Assembly: GCA_031411295.1 (NCBI GenBank)
Contig: JANOAV010000140.1
Coordinates: forward strand, 32,001-96,000
Reading direction: 5' to 3'
DNA length: 64,000 bases
From: Verrucomicrobiales bacterium
GTDB lineage: Bacteria; Verrucomicrobiota; Verrucomicrobiia; Verrucomicrobiales; V1-33
A program made the position numbers and the translations under genes. Each line of letters opens with the position of its first letter. Position 1 is the first letter of the stretch. Under the pieces are notes generated by a model. It searched no databases and was not told the origin of the DNA. It saw only the letters and a program-made list of their open reading frames with translations. Shown here in pieces: positions 10,991-21,883 of the stretch.

Positions 10991-12835
10991 TCAAAATTCC
11001 GTGCGCTGCTTGGCCTTCGCGCTTTGCAGGTCGATCCAGTCGATTTCTACTGGATGCTTTTGCGCGGGGAGGTAGAGGCGGAGGATTCCCAGCGGGCCGG
11101 CGGCGGGGACTTGGACGGTGATTTCCTGCCAGTCGGTTTTGGTGATTTCAAAAGGAACGGACTTGGCGTCGGGAGCTTTGGGGGTTGGTAACCACTCTAC
11201 CTTTCCGGCTCCGATTTCGGTGGCGTGGACGCGAAATTTTATGGTGGTGGGCCCGGATAGTTTCCCGGCGGAGAAGCCCAGGAAAGGAGCCTCGCCCTGG
11301 CCAGTGACGGTGAGGATGCCTTTGGTGACGGTGGCTTCGCAAGCGCGGGCTTTCCAGCCATCGAGCGGATCTGTGGGCGCTGCGCTGGCTTTCTCAGCGG
11401 TTGCGTTGGCCTTGTAATTTGGATTTGGCAGCGGGACGATCGCCTTGGTATCGGTGAGGAATTTGGTGATCAGGACGTCGAGTGCTTTGACGCGCTCCGG
11501 CTGTGCGGAGGCGAGATCTTTGGTTTCTCCGATGTCGTCTTTCAGATTATACAGTTGATAGCCATGGGCTCCATTGGCACCCTCATGGAACATGCGGAGG
11601 AGCTTCCAATCGCCTGCGGTGACGGTAACGGATGGTGGTGGGCAGTCGGGCACTTTACCTGGGCTGTGCGGGAAAAAGGTGAAGATGGCTTCGCGTGCGA
11701 GCTGCTTTCCAGCCAGCAACGGGGCGATGCTCACGCCGTCAAACTTCTGCTCTGGCTGTGGTTTCAGTCCGAGGAGTTCGAGGAAGGTGGGATAGAAATC
11801 CGTGATCTGGATCGGCGTGTCGTTGCGACTGGCAGGCGTGGTTAGTTTAGGCCAACTGACGATGCAGGGGACACGCACGCCACCTTCGTAAACGGTGGCT
11901 TTGCCGCCCCGCAGCGGCTTGTTGCTGGTGGGCGTGGTGCCATCCACTTCGTTATACATGTTGCCACCGTTGTCGGAGTAAAAGACGATGGCAGTGCGCT
12001 CGTTGAGGCCTAACTTGTCCAGCGCGTCCAGCAATTTGCCGACGTTATCGTCCATGGATTCGACCATGGCGGCGTAAGTGGGGCTGCGTTGCGGGTCCTT
12101 GGGGTCGATCAATTTCCGATACTTCTCGATCAAGGCTTTCTTGGCATCGAACGGAGCGTGGACCGAGAATTGCCAGTAGTTGAGGAAGAACGGCTCATCT
12201 TTGTGCTTGGTAATCCATGCCACCGCTTCGTCGCCCATGCGATCTTCGATATGCTCTTCGGGCGTCCGTTCCACGAAGTCTTTGAATTTCCATGGTGCCA
12301 CATAGGTTCCCGCAGGACCAGGGCCAGAGGTATGGGGGAGGTCCACGTCGAAACCTTGTTGCAGCGGGGAGTAGGGCTCGGAGCCCAAGTGCCATTTCCC
12401 AAAATGACCAGTGGCATAGCCTGACTGCTTAAGCGCTTCGGCCAACGTGAAATACTTGGTGTCCAAGCGAGTCGCGCTTTGGCATTCCAATTGTTTTTTA
12501 TTGGCTGGAGCGGTCGCTTGCACGCTGGCGGTGAGTTTCACCTCCGGTAAATGACAGTTAGGAGCGGTGATGCCGATGCGTGCTGGACTCAGCCCAGTGA
12601 GCAGGCTGGCGCGGGTGGGGGAGCACAGTGGACTGGCGGAGTAAGCTCGGGTAAAGAGCATCCCCCGCTGCGCCAAGCGTTCCAGATTCGGCGTGCGATA
12701 TAATTTCGTCCCGCCGTAGAGTGTTGTATCGGACCAGCCGAGATCATCTGCGAGAATGAAGATGATATTGGGTCTCTGGGCTGCGGAAGCCTGAATGCAA
12801 AGTGTTGCAAGTAAGGAGAAGAGTAAGGGGCGCAA
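10991..12835 (-). CDS. Formylglycine-dependent sulfatase (S1) with extra C-terminal domain
   Basis: [23 protein letters not shown] (CxPxR), [25 protein letters not shown]; signal peptide. Confidence 0.95.
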   Translation of the reverse strand: MRPLLFSLLATLCIQASAAQRPNIIFILADDLGWSDTTLYGGTKLYRTPNLERLAQRGMLFTRAYSASPLCSPTRASLLTGLSPARIGITAPNCHLPEVKLTASVQATAPANKKQLECQSATRLDTKYFTLAEALKQSGYATGHFGKWHLGSEPYSPLQQGFDVDLPHTSGPGPAGTYVAPWKFKDFVERTPEEHIEDRMGDEAVAWITKHKDEPFFLNYWQFSVHAPFDAKKALIEKYRKLIDPKDPQRSPTYAAMVESMDDNVGKLLDALDKLGLNERTAIVFYSDNGGNMYNEVDGTTPTSNKPLRGGKATVYEGGVRVPCIVSWPKLTTPASRNDTPIQITDFYPTFLELLGLKPQPEQKFDGVSIAPLLAGKQLAREAIFTFFPHSPGKVPDCPPPSVTVTAGDWKLLRMFHEGANGAHGYQLYNLKDDIGETKDLASAQPERVKALDVLITKFLTDTKAIVPLPNPNYKANATAEKASAAPTDPLDGWKARACEATVTKGILTVTGQGEAPFLGFSAGKLSGPTTIKFRVHATEIGAGKVEWLPTPKAPDAKSVPFEITKTDWQEITVQVPAAGPLGILRLYLPAQKHPVEIDWIDLQSAKAKQRTEF

Positions 12836-13192
12836 GAGGAGGGAGAGTTATAAATGGAAGTGAAGACTGGAACAGGGGCATCGGCATGCTGTTGGAGCGT
12901 TTGCTTTGAGCAGGAGTAGCGCAGTTAAGACAATTGCGGAGAGTTAGCCAAATCTCACACGCAAAATGGAAATTCTGGCATACGCGATGAAGCGTGCCGG
13001 CTGACACCATCGTTCAGTCGCAAGCCATGGTATCGCGCCTCTGACGGATTATCGGGGGTGGAAAATCCCGTGCGGCATGACGAACCGACGGAGCTTTGAT
13101 CATTTTCACATAGTGGGTGGCGTTTTGGCCAGGAAATCCGCTGGCAGCAGGCGCCGGAATCGTCACCCCGCAAATCCCGCAGCGTTTGCGCT

Positions 13193-14089
13193 TCAGCGTT
13201 GTCGGAATCGCTGGTCCGACCACAAGTCTTCACCGGTGCCGCCGGCAGCAAAGGCCTGTGGTCGCACGCTGCGGCGGATATCTGCGAGGGAAGACAGCAC
13301 CTGAAGCACGAAGGCGGCGGAACCAAGGACCGTTCCTTGCAACAGGCCGCTCTGGTGAAGTCTCAATGCAGCAGTGGATATTCCCGTGAGGATTTGTCGA
13401 TACCAATTCACCGCCGCTTTCGTTTGGCTCATTTGCGCCAGCGATGCTAGCCCTCGCTGGCCTGCTGCACTTCCCGCTGTAGCGCTGCCGTAACCGGAAT
13501 ACGGATAATCCTCCGGGCGTTCCACCAGACCTTCACGCAGGGGGATCAAATCTATGTAGCTTGCCACTACATGAAGCGGATTATGCTCCTCCCGAGACTC
13601 AATGAGGATGCTTTTGAATCGCTCAGTCCAGAGCGTGCCCTTGGTATCGTGAGCGCGGTTGTGCCACATGGTGAACCGTTGTTTGAGCAGCTTCATGAAT
13701 ACCGACAGGTCATGCATGCGCGCCTGATGGTCCGCGATTGCCTCCTGCCACAATACATCTTCCAAAGAGCGCTTACATTCACGGAAGACATCTCGAAGTT
13801 CCGCTTCAGTCTCTATTCCATAAAGATGGCCAACCCGTTTCATCAACTCGTCGGGATCTAATGCGGCATCAGCAGCTGACTTTTGTGGAACTCGAATCAA
13901 AAGATGGCAACGATGGCTCATGATACAGTAAGTCAGCACCTCCACGCCACAGTAACAGGCGACTCGGTGCAGGAGTGCTTGAAGATGGATCTTCTCCCCA
14001 TCACCCAGCCACCATTGGCCTTGAGTGATACTAAAGACGATGTGGTAACAGGCTGGTAGTTCGATGATTTTGAGGCGGGGGCGACGCAT
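13193..14089 (-). mobile_element. RAYT/Y1-type HUH transposase-like gene with degenerate HUH motif
   Basis: YHIV, YCIMSHRCHLL (usually NHxHLL), FMKLLKQRFT, GTLWTERFKS, YIDLIP, PEDYPYSGY. Confidence 0.8.
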
Positions 14090-14113
14090 GGAGGTAAGCG
14101 GGGGAATGATGGC

Positions 14114-14164
14114 AGGCTAACGCGCTACTAAGGCCATGTCAATAAAATTAGGGACTGTCCCTAA
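14114..14164 (-). promoter_or_regulatory. Sigma70-like promoter with upstream palindrome for the RAYT-like gene
   Basis: Minus strand TTGACA (14142-14137), 17-bp spacer, TAGCCT (14119-14114); perfect inverted repeat TTAGGGAC-T-GTCCCTAA at 14148-14164. Confidence 0.6.
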
Positions 14165-14244
14165 ATTATTTTTCTTGGGCAAGTGAACTTTGTTTTAGGC
14201 TTGCGGACCGGTTGCGATTCTGTGGGTTGGGGGTTAGATGACAC

Positions 14245-15099
14245 ATGTTGTTGCCTCTCTCCTATCGGTTCGATCTTGCAGCCACGATCAATTCTGGTCA
14301 GGTGTTTCATTGGTATGAGTTTCGTGATGGGTGGTTGGGCACGATTGGGGATAATGCAGTTTTTATTCAACAAACGGCAAACGGTTTACTGATCATCCCG
14401 GACGTTATGGCAGCGGCGGTCGCGGCTTATTTTGCCTTGGATCACGATTTCACTGCCATTCTCCAGACCTTCCCGCCGGACGATGTTCCTTTGGCTGAAG
14501 CTGTGGCTTATGCGCCGGGGTTGAGGATCATGCGGCAACCGCTTTGGGAGTGCTTGGCGACTTTCGTTACTTCGTCCCTGAAACAAGTGCCTCACATTCG
14601 GCAAATCTCGCTGACTTTACGAAGGAAGTTCGGCTTTCCGGTTCCGGCATTGTTCCCCGATGCCCCAACGCTGTTTACCTATCCAACCCCGGAGGCGCTT
14701 GCGGTTGCGGGGGAGGAGGCTCTGCGTGCCTGCGGTTTGGGGTATCGGGCGGCATTTCTGCATCGCACGGCGGCGGCTTTGGCCAATGGGGAGGTCGATC
14801 TATCAATGCTGGCTGGATTATCGGATGATGAGGCGCGTGCTACTTTGATGCGATTCCACGGGGTGGGGGAGAAGATTGCCAACTGTGTGCTGCTGTTCGC
14901 GTGTGAACGTCTGGCCTCGTTTCCGATTGATGTTTGGATTGAACGGGTGCTGCGGCAATTCTACTTCGCGAGAAAACGAAACGTCACGACCGAGCGGATT
15001 CGTAAATTTGCGGCTGGCCATTTTGGGCCGTATGGTGGCTATGCTCAGCAATTTCTTTTTCATCTTGCGAGGATGACGAAGTTGGAGGCCAACTCATGA
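14245..15099 (+). CDS. 8-oxoguanine DNA glycosylase (OGG-like, HhH-GPD family)
   Basis: TINSGQVFHW OGG N-terminal motif, GLRIMRQPLWECL, GLGYRA, HGVGEKIANC HhH with catalytic Lys, FPIDVWI. Confidence 0.88.
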   Translation: MLLPLSYRFDLAATINSGQVFHWYEFRDGWLGTIGDNAVFIQQTANGLLIIPDVMAAAVAAYFALDHDFTAILQTFPPDDVPLAEAVAYAPGLRIMRQPLWECLATFVTSSLKQVPHIRQISLTLRRKFGFPVPALFPDAPTLFTYPTPEALAVAGEEALRACGLGYRAAFLHRTAAALANGEVDLSMLAGLSDDEARATLMRFHGVGEKIANCVLLFACERLASFPIDVWIERVLRQFYFARKRNVTTERIRKFAAGHFGPYGGYAQQFLFHLARMTKLEANS

Positions 15100-15269
15100 A
15101 TGTTGCGCATGGGACCCGCAGATAATCCGTGGTTGCATCCCCGGCTGGGCTCTCTACATATGCCGCGCGCCCGCTTTCGGAATTTCACCCCCGGCTCCCA
15201 AACGGTTTTCCCAGACCTTGGGTAGCGACGCTATTGCAAATTCATCCATCCCCATTCTCTCCTACTACA

Positions 15270-17249
15270 ATGAATCACACGATCCTCCAAAAAGCAGCAA
15301 ACGAAGCCCGTGGCTTGGCCATGGATGCCGTCCACAAATGTTCTTCCGGTCACCTTGGTCTGCCCTTGGGCGCGGCGGAAGTTGGGGCGGTCTTGTTCGG
15401 CTCGGCCTTAAATTTTGACCCTGCCGCCCCGCGCTGGCTGAACCGGGATCGGTTCATTCTGAGCGCTGGTCATGGCTCCATGTTTATTTACAGTTGGTTG
15501 CATTTGGCGGGGTATAATCTGAGTCTGAAGGAGTTGGAGAATTTCCGGGTCATGCACAGTTTGACCCCGGGGCACCCGGAATTCCACGAAACCGAAGGTG
15601 TGGAATGCACCACTGGCCCGCTGGGGCAGGGGATTGGCAATGGGGTGGGCTTTGCTCTTTCCGGTAAAATGGCCGCTGCGAAATATAACACTGCTGATCA
15701 CAAGATTATCGATAACCACATTGTCGTTCTGGCGGGTGACGGATGCCTGCAAGAAGGGGTGGCTCGTGAGGCGGTGGCGTTTGCGGCTCACAATCATTTG
15801 GATAACCTAATCCTGATCTATGACTCCAATGATGTCACGCTCGACGCCATGGCGAAGATGACTCAGAGTGACAGCACGGAGGCTCTCTACACGGCCCTGG
15901 GCTGGGAAGCCGTTACCATCGATGGCCATAATCTTGACGCCATCGCTGCCGCCGTAGCTCACGCCAAATCTAATGACAACGGCAAGCCGAAAATCATCAT
16001 TGCCAAGACCATTATTGGCAAAGGCATTCCTGAAGTGGCCGGGACGGCCAAGGGTCATGGTGAAGGGGGGGCGAAGTTCGTCGATGCCGCCAAGGCTGGG
16101 CTGGGCATCCCGGCGGGAACCCATTTCCATGTGAGTGATGACGTTCGGGCTTACTTCACCGACCGCAAAGCAGCCCATGCCAAGGCTCATGCCGCATGGG
16201 AAACGAACTTCAAGGCATGGGCCGCCGCCAATCCCAAGCTGGCCGTGGAACTGGCCGCTGCGCTGAGCGGGAAACTGGAGGCGGACGCACTCCTGAAGTT
16301 GATCCCTGAGTTTGCCGCCGAGAGCAAAGCTGCCACGCGGAACAGCGGTGGAGACATCCTCAACCACATTGCCAAAGCCGTGCCACACCTGATCACAGGC
16401 AGTGCGGATTTGTTTGGCTCCACGAAAAATTATATCAAGGATGGTGGCGACTTTTCCGCCGCGAACAACACCGGGAGAAACATCTGGTTCGGCATTCGGG
16501 AACACGCCATGGGGGCGATCTGCAACGGGATTGCCTACGATGGCCTCTTCCTCGGGAGTGGAGCAACGTTCCTCGTTTTCGCGGACTACGTCCGTCCGAG
16601 CATCCGGATTGCTTCGTTGGCGAAATTACCTGTCACTTATATCTTCACGCACGATTCCGTGGGCGTGGGAGAAGACGGACCGACGCACCAACCGGTGGAA
16701 ACGGTTAGTGGTCTGCGCGTGATTCCTAACTTGGACGTGATCCGTCCAGGTGACAGTGAGGAATGTGCCGCGGCTTTTGCCGCAGCCTTCAGTCGCCAGG
16801 ATGGACCCACTTTGCTGGCGCTGAGCCGTCAGGATTTGCCGAATCAAGGGGGCACGCCAGCGAGCGTCCGTCGCGAAGGCACGCTCAAGGGCGGTTACGT
16901 TTTGGTGAAGGAAAAAGGCGCGCTAAAGACGATCATCCTCGCCACTGGTTCGGAGGTCCAGCATGCCGTGGTGGCTGCTGGTAAACTGGGCGACGGCGTG
17001 CGCGTCGTATCTCTCCCATGCTTCGAGCGATTCGATCGTCAGAGTGCGGAGTATCGGGAATCGGTGCTGCCCGTCGCTTGCACCAATCGGCTCGCGATTG
17101 AAGCTGGTGTCACTGGTCTGTGGTGGAAATACGTTGGCACCCAAGGTCAAGTGCTGGGGATCGACCGCTTCGGGATCAGTGCTCCAGGCAATCAAGTTAT
17201 GGAAACGCTGGGCATGACGGCGGACCATATCGTCAAGGCACTAAGCTAG
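15270..17249 (+). CDS. tkt: Transketolase
   Basis: [40 protein letters not shown] motif, [16 protein letters not shown]. Confidence 0.97.
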   Translation: MNHTILQKAANEARGLAMDAVHKCSSGHLGLPLGAAEVGAVLFGSALNFDPAAPRWLNRDRFILSAGHGSMFIYSWLHLAGYNLSLKELENFRVMHSLTPGHPEFHETEGVECTTGPLGQGIGNGVGFALSGKMAAAKYNTADHKIIDNHIVVLAGDGCLQEGVAREAVAFAAHNHLDNLILIYDSNDVTLDAMAKMTQSDSTEALYTALGWEAVTIDGHNLDAIAAAVAHAKSNDNGKPKIIIAKTIIGKGIPEVAGTAKGHGEGGAKFVDAAKAGLGIPAGTHFHVSDDVRAYFTDRKAAHAKAHAAWETNFKAWAAANPKLAVELAAALSGKLEADALLKLIPEFAAESKAATRNSGGDILNHIAKAVPHLITGSADLFGSTKNYIKDGGDFSAANNTGRNIWFGIREHAMGAICNGIAYDGLFLGSGATFLVFADYVRPSIRIASLAKLPVTYIFTHDSVGVGEDGPTHQPVETVSGLRVIPNLDVIRPGDSEECAAAFAAAFSRQDGPTLLALSRQDLPNQGGTPASVRREGTLKGGYVLVKEKGALKTIILATGSEVQHAVVAAGKLGDGVRVVSLPCFERFDRQSAEYRESVLPVACTNRLAIEAGVTGLWWKYVGTQGQVLGIDRFGISAPGNQVMETLGMTADHIVKALS

Positions 17250-17270
17250 ACGGAAAGTAAATTCACCACC

Positions 17271-17312
17271 AAAGGGGACATTGAGGACGGCATCGGTCTT
17301 GATGTCCCTTTT
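17271..17312. terminator. Probable bidirectional intrinsic terminator between convergent tkt and murG
   Basis: AAAGGGGACAT...ATGTCCCTTTT stem-loop with A and T tails. Confidence 0.7.
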
Positions 17313-17320
17313 GTTATTGG

Positions 17321-18412
17321 CTAGCTCATCAGGGATTCCATGGCCTCACAGACGCGTTCTGCGGAATCCAGATGGCCCAGGCTGGCCATGTTGGTGGACA
17401 GGCTGGTGCGCACTTCTTGGTTATTGAGGAGATCCGTCAGCAGACTGGCCATACGGGTGCCGGTGAGGTCGCGCTCCTGAACCATGAGGGCGGCTTTGGC
17501 CCGGACGAAGACTTCGGCGTTTTTCGTTTGGTGGTCGTCTGCCGCAAAGGGGTAGGGGATCAGGATGGTGGGCAGGGCGAATGCGCTTAATTCTGTTAGG
17601 CTGGACGCGCCCGCCCGGGAAATGCAAACACTGGCGATGGCGTAGGCCAACTCCATGCGCTGGCAAAAGGGGGCCACGTGAGCATTGAATGCGGTGGAGG
17701 CATAAGCTTTGCGGACGGCCTCTATTTCCTGAGGTCCGCTCAAATGAATGAACTGCACGGCTTGGGGGTCCAAGTGCGCCAGCGCCCCCAGCACGGATTC
17801 ATTCACTCCACGGGCACCTTGGCTGCCACCCATGACGAGCACGACGGGAAGGTCTGGGTTGAGTTGGAAAAAGTTCCAAGCCTCTGCGGGATCCACTTTG
17901 GTGCGCAGGGCGTTGCGCAATGGCGTGCCGACGACACTGGTTTTGGCGGCCGGAAAATGGCAGGAGGCTTCTCCTAATCCTAACAGGACTAGATCACAAA
18001 ATTTAGCGGACAGGCGGTTGGCCTTCCCGGGAAACGCGTTGGAGTCGTGGAGCAGGGTTTTGAGCTTCAGCTTACGTCCCGCATACAGTGGCGGCAATGA
18101 GGTGAACCCTCCCATTCCCAGAACGATATCTGCCCCGAACTCTTGCAGTAGCTTCTTGCAGGCTCGGGTGGTCTTAAAGAATTTCCAGACGAATTGGATC
18201 ATCCGCAGCGAGAGCATCGGCGGCATGGCGATGGCAGGTAGTTTCTCAAATCTTAAATCCTGATGGCCTTCGGTGGCGAGAGCGTCGATTTGCTTCTCGG
18301 AAATGAGGACGATGCAGGAATGTCCGCGTGCCTGCGCGGCCTGGGCGACAGCAATGCCAGGAAATAAATGGCCTCCAGTGCCCCCGCAGGCGATAACGAT
18401 TTTGAGTGGCAT
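17321..18412 (-). CDS. murG: Lipid II GlcNAc transferase MurG
   Basis: GGTGGHLFP, GKANR, GGSQGA, SRAGAS and DHQTKNA motifs. Confidence 0.97.
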   Translation of the reverse strand: MPLKIVIACGGTGGHLFPGIAVAQAAQARGHSCIVLISEKQIDALATEGHQDLRFEKLPAIAMPPMLSLRMIQFVWKFFKTTRACKKLLQEFGADIVLGMGGFTSLPPLYAGRKLKLKTLLHDSNAFPGKANRLSAKFCDLVLLGLGEASCHFPAAKTSVVGTPLRNALRTKVDPAEAWNFFQLNPDLPVVLVMGGSQGARGVNESVLGALAHLDPQAVQFIHLSGPQEIEAVRKAYASTAFNAHVAPFCQRMELAYAIASVCISRAGASSLTELSAFALPTILIPYPFAADDHQTKNAEVFVRAKAALMVQERDLTGTRMASLLTDLLNNQEVRTSLSTNMASLGHLDSAERVCEAMESLMS

Positions 18413-18418
18413 GTTCTA

Positions 18419-19561
18419 TTAGAGGGCGGGGGTGAGTTTGGCTCTGCCCAGCACGGGTTCGTTGGCGACGAGGCGGGCAGATTGACGGTGGATGTTGAGC
18501 AGGATACCCACGGCACACAAGAGACTGACCATGTTGGTTCCGCCAGCGCTAACAAATGGCAGGGGCATGCCTTTATTGGGCAGGAGTGCGGTGGTCACCC
18601 CGAGATGGATTACGGCCTGCACTGCGATAAGGCAGACCAAACCGAAGCCGAGGAGCTTACCGAAGCGGTCGGGCGCATGAATGGCGATCAGGAATCCAGC
18701 CACGACCATGGTGAGGTAACACCCGATCATGAAGAGACAGAACCATCCACCAAGCTCTTCGCCAATCACTGACGAAATCATGTCGCTGTTGGCATAGGGG
18801 AGGGAACCCATTTTCTGATGGCTGTTGCCAATCCCGAGGCCAGTGGGGCCACCGGAACCATAAGCCAGGAGCCCGGCGTATTGTTGCCAACCGTCTCCGC
18901 TGCGGGCCTTCTCCAAATCCAGATAGGCGGTGATCCGTCCCAAGCGCTCTGGGTCCCGCAGCACGACGAAGGTGAGCGCTGAAAGTCCGCCCAAGCACAT
19001 GAGGCCAAGATACCGCAAACGGGTGCCGCCGGCATAGAGCACCGAAATGGAAGCAACGGCCAGGAGGGCGGCATTGCCCAGATCGACCTCCGCTGCGATC
19101 GCGATGATCAACGCTCCCACTATGAGCATGGGCCAGAGGAATCCATGGAGAAATGATTTCCGCAGTTCGGCCCAGTGGGCGCACCAAGTGGCTACCGCGA
19201 TGATCCCCACGATTTTGGCAAACTCTGAAGGTTGAAAAATGAAACCCAGTCTGATCCAGCGATACGCCCCATTTTTATATACCCCAATCATCGGCAGGAA
19301 GCAGGCCAGGAGCGCGATCAAAGCGATGGCATAAAGGACTTTCGACCATTGAGCATAGCGCCGATAATCCAGCCAAGCGGTGAACCATAGGCCAAGCAGA
19401 CCCAGGCCAATGAAGGTGGCCTGATTTTTCGCGTCGTAATATGGGTCCGTCACGCCTTTGGGCTTTATCGTATAGGGACCGATGCTGACCTGCATGATCA
19501 CCCCGAGCACCAGCAACAGTAACATGGTGCCGAAAAGGAAGGCTGCACTTTTACGAGTCAT
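18419..19561 (-). CDS. ftsW: SEDS peptidoglycan glycosyltransferase FtsW
   Basis: NGAYRWI, FQPSEFAK, IGEELG, LLPNKGMPLPFVSAGG; dcw context. Confidence 0.93.
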   Translation of the reverse strand: MTRKSAAFLFGTMLLLLVLGVIMQVSIGPYTIKPKGVTDPYYDAKNQATFIGLGLLGLWFTAWLDYRRYAQWSKVLYAIALIALLACFLPMIGVYKNGAYRWIRLGFIFQPSEFAKIVGIIAVATWCAHWAELRKSFLHGFLWPMLIVGALIIAIAAEVDLGNAALLAVASISVLYAGGTRLRYLGLMCLGGLSALTFVVLRDPERLGRITAYLDLEKARSGDGWQQYAGLLAYGSGGPTGLGIGNSHQKMGSLPYANSDMISSVIGEELGGWFCLFMIGCYLTMVVAGFLIAIHAPDRFGKLLGFGLVCLIAVQAVIHLGVTTALLPNKGMPLPFVSAGGTNMVSLLCAVGILLNIHRQSARLVANEPVLGRAKLTPAL

Positions 19562-19639
19562 GGTCGATGGATAGTTAGGTGTTGGGAAGGGAAATTTGGC
19601 GGCAGGCAGGTCGGCCGCACGTTGGTTTAAATGGTCCGA

Positions 19640-20551
19640 TTAGTCTGCGGGAGGGAGTTTGATTTTTTGGCCCACCCGCAATTTGGAAGCATCGACGATC
19701 CCGTTGTAGCGCATGAGTGCTTTTTCGGTAACGCCGCGTCGTTTCGCGATGCCGAAGAGCGTTTCCCCTTTGCCCACGATGTAGGTTTTGCCACTCAAGG
19801 TTGTCTTGGTGGTGCTGGCCGCAGTAGCGTTAGCTTTCACGGGGCCGCCGATGGTAGTGTGCGGGGTTTTGGTTGGGGCTGGAGTTGAGATTTGCGCCGC
19901 CGCTACTTGCTCTGGGTTGGGGACATACTGGTTATACGCCCCGCCCGGATGAGCTGGGGGAGGTTGGCTGATGATTGGCTTTGGCTCCAGGCGCGCGCTG
20001 CCGTTCCCGGTGATGAGTCTCGGGGTGGGGATTTTCACGAGGCGGCCAACGTTGATTTCGATGTCGGGGTTGACCTGGCGGAGTTCTTCAACGGTGATCC
20101 CGCGGGATCTTGCAATAGACTCCCACGTCTCATCCATCCGCACCATGTAGTCTGTGGTATTGATTGGGGGGGCTGGAGTGCGGGTTACCGGCACCTGCCG
20201 TGGGGTTGCAGGACGTGCTGTCGGAGTGGCTGGAGGGGTGGAGCGATCCTTAACGGAAGTGGTGGCCGCGATGGCCGCTTTGGCGGGCGGAGCGTCGGCC
20301 ACGGGATCATGACCATAGTAATGGAACGCCACCAAGCCACCAACAGCCACTAAGTGCAATGCCAGCATGCCGATGAACATGCGGGAAGTCTTCACTTGCG
20401 GAGGTTCGCCACTGGTCCACTGACCTTCGCTGGTAACATTGGCCGGCATGACATGACTGCGTTTGGATTTACGACGACGGGGTGCCTGCGCTTTGAGAGC
20501 TTCGCGTTTCTCGCGCAGGTTTCGGACTTTGGTGTTAGTGCTGGTCGGCAT
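19640..20551 (-). CDS. Membrane-anchored protein with two LysM domains
   Basis: Single TM; YMVRMDETWESIA...VNP and YIVGKGETLFGIAKR...GQKIKLP. Confidence 0.88.
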   Translation of the reverse strand: MPTSTNTKVRNLREKREALKAQAPRRRKSKRSHVMPANVTSEGQWTSGEPPQVKTSRMFIGMLALHLVAVGGLVAFHYYGHDPVADAPPAKAAIAATTSVKDRSTPPATPTARPATPRQVPVTRTPAPPINTTDYMVRMDETWESIARSRGITVEELRQVNPDIEINVGRLVKIPTPRLITGNGSARLEPKPIISQPPPAHPGGAYNQYVPNPEQVAAAQISTPAPTKTPHTTIGGPVKANATAASTTKTTLSGKTYIVGKGETLFGIAKRRGVTEKALMRYNGIVDASKLRVGQKIKLPPAD

Positions 20552-20559
20552 TTTGGTAG

Positions 20560-21879
20560 TTAGGTAAGAGTGGAGACAATTTCGGCAAAGGTGTTGCCGC
20601 GGTGATCGTAGCCGGTGAACATGTCAAAGGATGAGGTGCCAGGGGAAAAAAGAATCGTCTGGCCTGACTTGGAGACTTGGTAGGCGCGGGTAAGGGCTTC
20701 CGCCAGATCGACGCAGGCGTGAGTGGGGACGGTAGCACCCCAGGTGGCGACGAGTTCATCTTTGATTTCGCCAATGGTGAAGACCGCTGCGACTTTGTCT
20801 TTGATCAAGCCGGTGAGGGGCCGGTAGTCCAATCCCTTTTGCTTACCGCCGGCAATCAGAATCACCTTCTTGGTAAAGCCGCGGAGGGCGCTCTCCATGG
20901 CGTGCAAGTTAGTGGCTTTGGAGTCGTTAAGAAATTCGCGGCCTTTCACCTTGGCGACCAATTCACAACGGTGCCGCGGTGGGCGGTAAGCTTGCAGGGT
21001 GTTGATCATCACGTCGAATTGCACCCCGACGGCCGCGGCTGCGGCCATGGCGGCCATCACGTTTTCTGCGTTATGCAATCCGCGCAGGTTGGTCTGAGCC
21101 ATGTCGAGGAGCATTTCGTTGCGATGCCAAATTTTCCCCATGCGCACGTGGAACTCCGTATCGCCCCGGAAAGCGCTGAAGGTGACCTGCCGTGCCGCCA
21201 GTGGCGGATAGTCTTCTGCCCCATTGATCACGGCCACGTCTGCGGTGGTTTGGTTTTCGAAGATGCGTTGTTTGGCTTTGCGGTAGGCTGCCAGATCCGG
21301 ATGGCGATCCAGGTGATCCGGGGCGAAATTTAGCCAGACGGCTACTTTGGGGTGGAAAGTTTCAATCATTTCTAACTGAAACGAACTGACTTCCAGCGTG
21401 TAAATATCGACTGGAGTGCCTTCGGTGATCAGCTCAGAAAAGGCCACCCCGTAGTTGGCCCCAGCAATGGTCTTGATCCCGGCCCCCAGTAAAATTTTCT
21501 CAATCAATTCCGTCGTGGTAGTCTTACCATTCGTTCCGGTAATGGCGATGACTGGTTTGTCGCTATTTTGGTAGGCGAACTCCAATTCGCCAAGACAGCG
21601 CACCCCAGCACCAAGGTAGCGGGCTGCAAGCGGCCACGCGGGATCTATCCCGGGGCTGAGGACCACGAGGTCAAATTTCCGCCGACTCATCAAGGCGGCC
21701 TTGCCTAGCAAAACCGAGAATTCCTGGTCCCGCATTAGCTTCGCCCGTTGCTGCACGACCTCGCTGTCAGAAGAATCCAAAATGGTGACCTCCGCTCCGA
21801 GCTTTTTGGCCAGACGCGCGGCGGCCATGCCACTCGTGGCACAACCTAACACCGCTATCGTCTGTCCAGTGTATTTCAT
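20560..21879 (-). CDS. murD: UDP-MurNAc-L-Ala:D-Glu ligase
   Basis: SPGI, ITGTNGKTTT, LEVSSFQLE, PDHLDRH, NDSKATN, SFDMF. Confidence 0.96.
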   Translation of the reverse strand: MKYTGQTIAVLGCATSGMAAARLAKKLGAEVTILDSSDSEVVQQRAKLMRDQEFSVLLGKAALMSRRKFDLVVLSPGIDPAWPLAARYLGAGVRCLGELEFAYQNSDKPVIAITGTNGKTTTTELIEKILLGAGIKTIAGANYGVAFSELITEGTPVDIYTLEVSSFQLEMIETFHPKVAVWLNFAPDHLDRHPDLAAYRKAKQRIFENQTTADVAVINGAEDYPPLAARQVTFSAFRGDTEFHVRMGKIWHRNEMLLDMAQTNLRGLHNAENVMAAMAAAAAVGVQFDVMINTLQAYRPPRHRCELVAKVKGREFLNDSKATNLHAMESALRGFTKKVILIAGGKQKGLDYRPLTGLIKDKVAAVFTIGEIKDELVATWGATVPTHACVDLAEALTRAYQVSKSGQTILFSPGTSSFDMFTGYDHRGNTFAEIVSTLT

Positions 21880-21883
21880 GAAT

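Noticed and set aside
12836..13192. Possible ncRNA or small ORFs between the sulfatase and the RAYT-like gene
   Set aside because: No recognisable RNA motif or convincing coding signal by eye; an Rfam search would be needed.
15129..15269. Upstream in-frame extensions of tkt (likewise galK, the PEP-CTERM gene, the ATPase and the hydrolase)
   Set aside because: ORF-caller extensions to distant alternative starts; conserved domains or signal peptides begin at downstream ATGs.
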